From assembly GCA_028023455.1 (NCBI GenBank), contig JAQFVV010000010.1:1054001-1118000 (forward strand): 64,000 nt of DNA, in the 5' to 3' direction. This DNA is from Epiperipatus broadwayi (lineage: Eukaryota; Animalia; Onychophora). The notes under the pieces are model-generated. The model had not been told where the DNA came from and made no database searches. It saw only the letters and a program-made list of their open reading frames with translations. Positions 54,304-64,000 of this stretch are shown here, piece by piece. Numbering within the stretch: the stretch's first letter is position 1; every line of letters begins with the position of its first letter. The position numbers and the translations under genes are program-made.

Positions 54304-55393
54304 TTTAATAAAAATAGTTTTCAATTTGTTGTTATAGCTTTACGTTGGAAGCGTGAAAGCACGATTTGATATTATTACTTAAAATAATAAATTCTTACAT
54401 TATCCCTTGGGATTTTCACTATAGAAGCACATAAAAATTTAAGTCAACTTTTACATCATTTTAAAATCTCTAATTGAATAAAATTTCTAAACTGTGTCTT
54501 TGTTAAATTTTAAAAACTTTGAAAAAATTTTAGGTAATAAAATATTTTTTTATGTATTATTATTATTATCTATTTTCCTTGTTCTCAATAAAATAAAAGT
54601 TCTCATAATAGAAAAACATGAGCAAACAGGATTGTACAGTTTAATATTATTTAAATTATATAATTATATATTAACATTGATGCTTTGTGTATGTGTGTGT
54701 ATACTTGTGTTGGAGAGAGGCTATTACAAACATTGATTATCATAATTAATAATTAAAAAATATATTTGTTATACAAGTTCCATATTTTATTAATTTTAAA
54801 ATCCCAGTTACTATATGATGTTAAAAGATAATCAAGTATTTTTAATACTATAATGTAAAAAGTATTAAGACAATGTGAGTTACCATTAAGCTTGGTAGCT
54901 AAAAACCAAATTTTTATAAAGAATATTTTGTAGAATTATATTATCTTCATGGTGATAAGTTTTACATGTAATGTGATATTGTTGTTTAGTAGAGAGGGAC
55001 TCCTAACAACTTGCATTGTAATTTTACTGATATTTTAGCCTGGATAGGCATATTTTGTGATACAACATATACTGATGTTAAGTATACATTAGTCTCCATA
55101 GCTATAAATATTTGTTTTACTATTGTTTGATCATACAGTATAAGATATATCCTGATGATTTGTATTTTAACCTATAAAAGATAGGTGGTATATAATGTCA
55201 TATAAAATTATATGATCTGAGTATTCTTACAGTTTTAGTGTATAAGGGAAATATTTTATTATATTGGTAAAGAAATGATAAAGTTTATATAAAACAGATA
55301 CATATTTTGAAAGACTATATGATAATTGACAAAGATCATATAAAGCATGTTTTCACTAGTTGCTTAATAATTAGTTAATACTGAAATTTATTT

Positions 55394-55498
55394 AATAGTT
55401 GCAAAACAACCTTCTTCAATGAATTTCTTGTCCAAACAAAACATAAAATAGTTGCAAAACAACCTTCTTCAATGAATTTCTTGTCCAAACAAAACATA
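55394..55498. repeat. 53-bp tandem duplication
   Basis: aatagttgcaaaacaaccttc...aaacata occurs twice. Confidence 0.92.
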
Positions 55499-58400
55499 GA
55501 GACACATATATACATTTTTTAACATATGTTAAATTTACAGAAAACTTCTATATTTTAAAAATCATACAAAATCTTTTAGGATATAGAATTTTAGGAGAGC
55601 TTATTTATTATTGTTATACTTCTACTTTGTAAATAATTGATTTTACATTTATTAAATTATTTTAACTTTCATCCTTCATATTTTTGTACTCATTATCTAA
55701 TTAGTAATTTAGGGTCATATGATATTATCATATTTTGTTTATTTAAAGATACACTGATTTTTAGAAATAACATTATTGATATAAGTCCCTAATCCTAGCA
55801 CTTATAATTTAAATATTAAAGCCTAGTTGCTATAAGATATGGTTTGAATACAAAAAAATGCTCTTTGTGATTCAGCCGTATCTATTATAAGATCTATAAT
55901 TAAATAATAAAATTCTAAGAGACTTATTTATTATATTCAAATATTTAAAACCCTGAGATAATATCAGATTGATCTGCTAGCCAAATCAATATTATTAGAT
56001 TTATTTATTCTGCATTACACAATTATATTTATTTTCATCAGGCTGAGATATTTTTATTAATACACCTTTATCTTATTTTAAATATTTAAACTAAAAAAAA
56101 TTGTTTATATTAAAAGAGGGGTTTGCTTATTACTAAATAAGTTAAAATATTTGCTAGGCACCATCTGATTACATATTTCATCACTTACAATTAAATGTAA
56201 TTACCAATTATGACTAATCAATAAAATGCTATTGAACTTTTCAACACACATGTATTTACTAGATTACTATGGTAACACAAAATGACATTTATAATAGCTG
56301 CTCCAGTTTTATATATAAGGGATTAGCAGGTGTAGATGTAAACACAATCTCATTTAAATATGTTTAATTCTTTATTTCAAGAAAGTTTTATTTTAATACC
56401 CATGCAAATGATGAATGTTTAAGTCAAATATTTGCAATATAAATTAAATATAGTATTTTTTCAATGTTATATAAAATTTATAGTTTTGATAATTAACATT
56501 TATTTGGATTTTCTTCATGTTTTTCATTTATGTTCCAAAGAATGGACAAAGTGTGAAGGGAGAGAAAAAATCTGTCTGTTTAGGTAACAATTGGTGGTCA
56601 TCATAATAACAATTGCTTCCTCTTTGGAAATATTTTATTTTGTGCAACAAATTGAAGAAAACTTTTTGTTTTATTACTTTAATATATGAACTACAGTTTT
56701 TAAGATAATATTAATTATTCATAATTATTTATTCATATGTTATTAGTTTAGATTTAAATATTTTCAGAATTTTGGGGTATAAAAAAAAGAAAAGAAAAAT
56801 TAAAAATTTTCTTTATTCTGAATTATAATTCCATAACATCAAAAAGTCATATCAAACAGTATGTCATTGATAATAATCATAAAAATATTATGATTAAGGT
56901 AACTTTAATTTATTATTTTTTAGTATAAAATATTGGTATTGGATTATTTGAACCAGAAATCAGGTAATATATATATAATATTTATTATGTGAATATTTAT
57001 GTAAAGGTATCATAGAGAAGTGAATATATTTATTATAATCTGAATATGATTATAAAATATATAATTGATCTCTGAATAAGTTAAACGTAACTAATTTAGT
57101 ATATTTATGATAAGTTGTATATCATAAACTACTTGGTTGTTTTTATTTTAATCTTCTTGGTATGTTTAAAGTGTGAAACATTAAGAATAAGTTTGGATTT
57201 TATTTAAAGAAAGATTGAATATTTATTTATGATGTCTAAGATTTATACTAAGTGTTTGATAGAAAAGTAGTGGTTCAGGAAAATAGTCTCATTGAAAAAT
57301 CCTGTAGTGAGAAGAATGTATTATTAATAATATAGTCAAAATGAGTTAGAATATTTGTGATACATGGATAGTAGCATTTTTTTTCAAATCTGTAAAAACT
57401 TAAAAGAAAAGCCAAGACAGAAATTAAGATAGACACAAGAAAATGTGGCCTTAAGTTATGTATTTCATAATATTGTTTTTTATAGTTTTATAAGATATCC
57501 ATCTCTCACTTATAATCACAAAATTCACACTGGTATATACACCATAGTAGGAATCATATATTTGAGCAATCATAGTAGCTAAACTTTCAAATGATGACAA
57601 GATTATTAATATAATGCAAGAAGAATTAAATGTGGAACAAATAAAATGTTGAAAAAATATAAAAGTAAAGATTTTATGAATATTTTTTATATTAAATTTT
57701 AGAGATCAAATTATAGAGTGAATGTTGGAGTTCTAAGAGATGTGATTAAAATAAAACCTGATAATGATTGATATTATTGTCAACAATATAATAACATACC
57801 ATATCATAATGAATGTTTGATAAAGTAATGATGATAAAATATATTTTAAAATATTTAGAGTGTGATAATGTATAAGTTGATGTTATTGATATTTTTCATA
57901 TGGAATTATTAAGGAGTATCTTAATATTCACAGAACTGAGTGTGAAAGATATTATATTCTAATTGTAAATAATTTTAAAGTGAAGTGAAAATTATTTATT
58001 TCTTATAAGTATTTTTTAAGTTAATTTTAAGTTTTGCATACTATGTTAAATATTTTTAAGTAGATATAATATTTGTAATTTTTCTTAAATTTTGTACTAC
58101 TGTTGTAATAAAATGTTATTTTTTAAAAATTAACAAAGTGTTGAGAGTCTCTTTTCTTTTTATTTCCAAGTCATTATGCATCATCCTAACCACACATATA
58201 TTGTAATAATTAAAGATATCTGGTCTTATTTGCACATAATCTAAAATAATAGATAAGAAAAATATTATGATTGTTGAAGATATTTGATATTGAATCTAAA
58301 ATATTAAGTAATATAAATTTTCTTTATCATACTTGAGGATTATAATGAAGACTGATGACTAGAATGCATATAAAAAATAAAATTAGATTATAATGCATAG

Positions 58401-59172
58401 TGCTAAAAATTATGTTACATTTGTTGATGATAGTAAATAATGCCCAGTATTGGTTAATAATTTTTAATTAGTTTTAGTCAAATTTTATAAGAAAAGTAGT
58501 TAATGATTTTGAAAGGGAAGAACTAATGAGCATATTTGTTTTTTAATTATTATTTTAACTGTAGCTAGATGTACATAAATTCCCTCTTTACATTTAGTTA
58601 TGTAAATTATTTTATTTATTTTAAGAAGCAATAATAATTACCTGAGATGTTAATTAAGTTATAAAATGTTAGTAAAGGAGATATATAATTATTTTAATAG
58701 AGAAATAAATTTGATATTGTATTAGAATTTAATTTAACTTAAAAAATTTTAATGTGAGATATAATTTGTTTAGTTTAATGATCAATCATGAGAGTGTCAT
58801 TAATATTTTAGTGGACTAACATTTAGTGATATTCCTATGCCACTGAGGGTATACTTTTTGGTATAAGCTTAATGTTAAAAAAGGAGTACCTTCCTGGATG
58901 ATTTAAATAGCAAGTCTCATAATTAGTAATATTTTTTATTAAAAAATTTATTAGGAGTAATGTAATATATTAGATATGATTTAACTAGATAGGTATTACT
59001 AGGATTTTATGTATAAGAAAGAAATTTTAACTTGGCTAAGCTAGGAGTTACTTGTTGTTTTTTATATCCATCATGGTCATCAGGAAGACAATAAAACCAA
59101 TTACTCAAGGCTTTAATATGTTTTAAAATGTAGATGATACCAAGCAACCTTTAAACTACCAACAATTTCAAC

Positions 59173-59224
59173 CTGTAGTCAAGGCAACTTCATTTATTAT
59201 TAAAGGGGGTTGCCTTGACTACAG
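59173..59224. repeat. Perfect 16-bp inverted repeat with 20-nt spacer
   Basis: ctgtagtcaaggcaac / gttgccttgactacag. Confidence 0.9.
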
Positions 59225-60977
59225 TATATTCAATTTTGACATCTGTATTTAATCTTTTTTCAAAATCATGTTTATTAATTTGTTACTCTATTTATAAGAT
59301 AATAAAGTTTAGAGGTAATGTCATTATACCATTTGAGATTATTTAAAATAAATAATGTTATTTAAATTACTTAGTTCTCTGTATCATTCTTCTCTCAATA
59401 GATTAATCTCCAATGTGTACATAATAATCTTCCATTGATTGTGAGGGTTCATGTTCTGGGTTGAATTAAAGCAGGTTGTTTACTGAGACAACTGAAATGG
59501 TGCTGCTAGAGAGTAATCTATTCATAGGTGTTCTTTCTTAGATGAAATTACCCCCAATTAGAGTTACAGGAGCTTCAACCCCTTACAAATAAATCTTAAG
59601 TGAGACTGTCTGAGAGAGAATATGATAAATAATGACCAAAAATATAAAGAACAGATTTGATCCTCATCATCAATATCCATTCTAATTAAATCTCATTAAC
59701 TGAAATTTAAATTTAAATTCTTTTTTTTTTTTTGGCAAACTAATGATATTAAAGTAACTTAGTCATATGCCAGAGGTGGATATCTATGTGGTTATGTATG
59801 TGCTTATATGAGCCATCAATATAGGTACCATCAGCATTATCATTAAAATTCCCTGAATATAAATGATATCCCATATTGGACACCATTTGTAATAGTACAG
59901 AATATGAAGTTTATAATGATGATGATTTCCATCATCTTCTATACCCCATATTTCATGCCATTACAAATAGCCTTCGGTAGATTGATCAAAACTGGAAATT
60001 ATATATAATGTTGGAAATTTTGTTTCACCGAGAGTAGATGGATAGAGTCAGAATAGAAGATAGAGTATAAGGGGTAATTTAACTAATCATGTTGCTAGAA
60101 AAATGTTTGTTTTCTCACATGAATAGGCAAATAAATTTAGGACTCTTAATTTGCAAGCACTTTTAGAGATTTAAGTATTATGTGATCAATTAATTGTTAA
60201 TTAATTATTATCATCCACTAAGCCACTATGTCTCTATAAAACCTAGAGGGTAAGTTAAAGTTATCCTTTCTAGCACTAAATTCATACTTTTTTTCTAAAT
60301 ACACTTTATTTATCTAAAATACCTACAAGAACCTGGTTAAATGCATTATAAACTAAAATTAAATAATTCATATTTATTTTCTTTAGATGAATATTACATG
60401 AACAACCAACCATCTTCAGGACCTATTCAACTCTCATACTGAAGAATCTGGGCACTATACTGGTCTACTTTCTAACTTTTATATCAGGAAACAGCAAAGA
60501 CTCCTGTGTTCTAGCTTATAATTTTATTTATTTTTTAATTTACTTGTAAAAGAAACTAATCAAACCCATTAATCTTGTAACTAAATGATAATTCTAATGC
60601 TATATTTACAATTTATTCTTTATACACTTAGTAAATAATAATTTCTATAAATATTTAAAAATAAATTTGAGATCCATTACTTCAAAGATACAGTTTAAAT
60701 ATTCTCTAATAGATACTATATTATTTGAAAATTGAGGAACTTCATTTTTCTTTTTTTTAAAAGAAAACAAAAATATCTAATTTTGGTTCCTAATTAATTA
60801 ATTTTAATAACTACTAATGATTAATTTGTGTAGTGTACATGATTAATTTTTGTTAAAACATGTACGTGAGAGTTCCTAAATTTTTATTTAGTGATAGTAT
60901 TTTTTAATCATGTATAATAACAATCATCCATATATGCAGTATGAAATAGTAGAAGCATTTAGATTAATATACATATA

Positions 60978-62460
60978 TTCAAAACTGCCTAACACTATAC
61001 TAGTAATAAAATAAAATACAAATCCATAAAAAAATACAATACTAGATAAAAATCCAAATTTTACCAAAATGCTTACATGTCCATGGTTTCATCTATTAAA
61101 CAAATAGACCTTTGCAAGAGAAAATCAAACTAAAGAACAACATATATATATATACACAAAACAAATAAAACTTCTCATAAATTATTTCAAATACCAACTT
61201 CCCTTTCAAAAGATGTCTTTATAAGATTGATAACCTCAGATTCAAGAAGTTTTATAATTAAAGTTTCCTTTACTATTCTCTTTAATTCATTCTTTTTATA
61301 AAAATAACCATTACATTGTCAAACAATATTTTATGACCTTCAATTCATGAATATATAAAGTTGAGTTAAAATATCTATGTTTAATTCTACTTATATGAAC
61401 ATTAATTTTTTCATTAAGACTAAATTTAAAATCTTACTACAATTACAAGGAATCTTATAAATAATATCAGGAATAGATTTACTATCAATCAACTATTTTG
61501 AAGCATTCAGTAAAGCATTCAAATCAGAACCTTTCTTCCTCACAATCTTTATTCCTTCTAACAAATGACTATTCTTATAAACCAAATTGCAAATTGATGA
61601 CTTAAATGGTAAAGACATAAACGCTTTATCCTTACTAACCATAAAAATGTTCTTATTAGCATCACGACTATAAATATTATTATTAAATACATTTCTAATA
61701 AATTCATGATTATAACCTAATTCTACATAATCATCAGCAAATTGACCTTTTTAAATATCAGCATTATTACTAAAGTTATTAAGCCTTCTATTCCTACAAC
61801 AGAAATTCAATAAAGATATTTTTATGTGTAAAAGGCTGATAACTATCAGGCCTAATCATATTTCTCAAATTCTTAGGTTTTATAAAATGACTACAAAATA
61901 AAACATTATCAACTTTCTCAACACTTAAAACTAAAAATTTTAATTTTCCAAAATCAAAACTATTACTCTCAATAGTAAAATGAATATTGGAATCAAAATT
62001 GTTCAATCCATCTAAAAACATCTCTAATTTTTCTTTCTGAATAACAAAAAAACAATCATCAACATATGTAACAAATAATTTTAAAGAAACAGAAAATTGA
62101 TTAATAACACTAAATTTCAAAAAATCAATATAGACAGAACACATTAAAGGAGAAATAACATAACCAATAACCCAACCCTCTTTAATTTTATAAAATACAT
62201 CATTACACATAAAATACATTGAATCCTCTAACTGCAAAAGCAAATCATGAATAATCTTAATCTATCTGCAGAAAATATTCAATTTTTTTTTAAACTGAAA
62301 GAAAAATGCCAATACTTTTTAATCTATTAACTGATGGATACATATTTTTAATGTCTAAACTATCAAAAACACAATTATCATCTAAAACAAAACCATTTAT
62401 TTTATTAAAAGCGTCAAAAGAAGAAGAAAAACAAAACTGATATACAGTAATTTAATATAG
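60978..62460 (-). mobile_element. Penelope-like element, 5'-truncated (RT, GIY-YIG, pLTR), decayed
   Basis: YFMCNDVFYKIKEG...ISP...TYVDD...LN...IHFTIE...LKFL...KP (61794-62243); IIYKIPCNC (~61450); pLTR 60978-61235. Confidence 0.9.
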
Positions 62461-62469
62461 TTCTTAAAA

Positions 62470-64000
62470 AATCTTATTAAAAATTTTGATATAAAGAGAA
62501 GTTGGTTTTTGAAATGAATTATGGGAAGTTTTGTTTGTTTTCTATATATATATATGTTGTTTTATCAGTTTGATTTTCACTTGAGAAGGTCTATTTGTTT
62601 AGTAGATGAAACCATGGTCATGTAAGGATTTTGGTAAAATTTGAATTTTTATTTAGTATTGTATTGAATTATGGTTTTGTATTTTATTACTAGTATAGTG
62701 TTAGGCAGTTTTGAATTTTCTATTTAGGTTTACTATTTAATATTTTTAAATAGTGTTATATGTTTTTGTGAAATTCATATTTTGTTTGTTTTATTTATTA
62801 TTTTGTTTGTAATTCTATTTTATTATTTATTTATTATTAATTGTTTGTATTTGTATTATTGTATGATTATTAGTTTTCTTTCAGTATATGATAGATTGTG
62901 TATGATAATTTTTCTAGTGCGGAAATTTTAGAAATAAAAAAATTACTTAATATGTCTAATAAATAGAATCTTTAAAGGCTCAAGTAAATTTTCTTAAGTC
63001 TTGTAGACTTTGTAATGTTTTTCCTAATTCATGTAATATTAGATTGGATAAAAAGTTGATATTATTTTCTAATTGTGATTTTATTTTAAACTTTAAAAAA
63101 TTTATTGTAAAACAATTTATTATGCAGATTATGGGTAGTTTATCTAATTTAATTTATATGTTTAAAATGATTAGAAGAGGTTTAGACTTTAGAAGTAATT
63201 TTAATTACTCAATTTTGAATTCTTTTTTAAAGCGGTTTAGGAGCAAATGTGAAATTTATTATTATTAAATCTGGAAATAAAAGTTTTGTTAAACAAGAAG
63301 TATAATTTGGGATGTTTTTAAAAGCCTGATGTTTCTTCTGTTTTAAATTTGTCCAATTGTTTTGAATTTATCTGATGTGGCTATTTTAGGTAAAGGTCCT
63401 TATTTTGTTCCTTTTACTAATAAAAATTTCGTTTTTGATTTTACGTCTGCTATTGAATGTACTAGTATTTTTTTTCCCCCAATTGTAGTAATATTTCTGA
63501 TAAAAATAAAGTGCCTTTACATGTTATTTTGAATAGTCAGTTACTTAAAAGAGAAAAATTTGTTTTTTCCCTAAGCAAATTAATCTTTTAAAAAAAAGAT
63601 TAAAAGTCAATGATATTATTTTTTTAGAAGAAGACAAAGGTGGCCAATTTGTATTGTTAAATAATATTGATTTTGAAAGTAAGTTTCTTTAGAATTAAAT
63701 AATGGGAAGTATGTTATTTTAGATTCTGATCCTGGTAAAAAAAAAATGTAAATTGATTAATATTATGAAAATTATGGAAAATAAAAAGGCTTTTGATAGA
63801 GCTACTTATTTAAGTTGTTATCCTAGTGATTATGTGGCTCCTAAGGTTTTCTTTAATTTGAAGTTTCATAAAGATAGTTTTCCTTTAATATGTATTTTTG
63901 ATTTTTACAAGAAGAATTGTTTATAAAATATCAAAATTTTTAAAAAGATTTTTTAAGGACTATATTAAATTAGATCAGTTTTGTTTCTTCTTCTTTTGAG
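62470..64000 (+). mobile_element. Penelope-like element: pLTR plus N-terminal ORF remnant, running off the window
   Basis: 62470-62720 is an inverted copy of 60978-61235; LGKGPYFVP, EDKGGQFVLL, Y..L..DP and APKVFFNLKFHK (cf. LYGLPKIHK), with stops. Confidence 0.8.
62574..62626 (+). ncRNA. Type-I hammerhead-like motif, U3:A8 core variant
   Basis: ttttcac-TTGAGAA-G-gtctat...gtagat-GAAA-CCATGG-TC-atgtaag; palindromic ACCATGGT. A more decayed copy lies at 61072-61125 (minus). Confidence 0.6.

Larger units (their letters stand above)
53462..54374 (+). mobile_element. 5'-truncated Penelope-like element with inverted upstream pseudo-LTR
   Basis: ~340-bp inverted arms (53462-53802 / 54032-54374) at high identity around a GIY-YIG C-terminus. 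Confidence 0.92.

Noticed and set aside
60400-60425. Minus-strand CTGAAGATGG as another hammerhead
   Set aside because: No GAAA, helix III or NUH site downstream.

Overview
Very AT-rich, CpG-poor eukaryotic (probably invertebrate animal; inference) non-genic DNA made mostly of nested transposon remnants. No host gene is recognisable. Main contents: (1) a decayed near-full-length L1/Tx1-clade LINE (minus, ~6.9-13.0 kb); (2) RTE-clade LINE fragments (22.2-25.7 kb, split by a 1.6 kb insert, and 39.6-40.9 kb); (3) a near-intact CR1/T1-Q-like LINE with a double-PHD ORF1 and an EN-RT ORF2 broken by one stop and one frameshift (45.2-49.8 kb); (4) a truncated Mag-like Gypsy 5' end (LTR, tRNA-Ser PBS, gag; 29.8-31.0 kb); (5) several solo-LTR-like elements with TGTA...TTATA ends; (6) a hAT MITE and a Harbinger-like MITE; (7) Penelope-like elements (PLEs) with inverted pseudo-LTRs (53.5-54.4 kb and 61.0-64.0 kb) plus an ORF-less ~200 bp hammerhead element (8.5 and 41 kb). 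The most striking signal is that three unrelated PLE-type repeats each carry a minimal type-I hammerhead ribozyme with a palindromic helix III. Each has a different nucleotide pair at core positions 3 and 8: canonical C3:G8, U3:A8 and an apparent A3:U8. All calls were made by eye. Boundaries of old remnants are approximate and no database searches were run.
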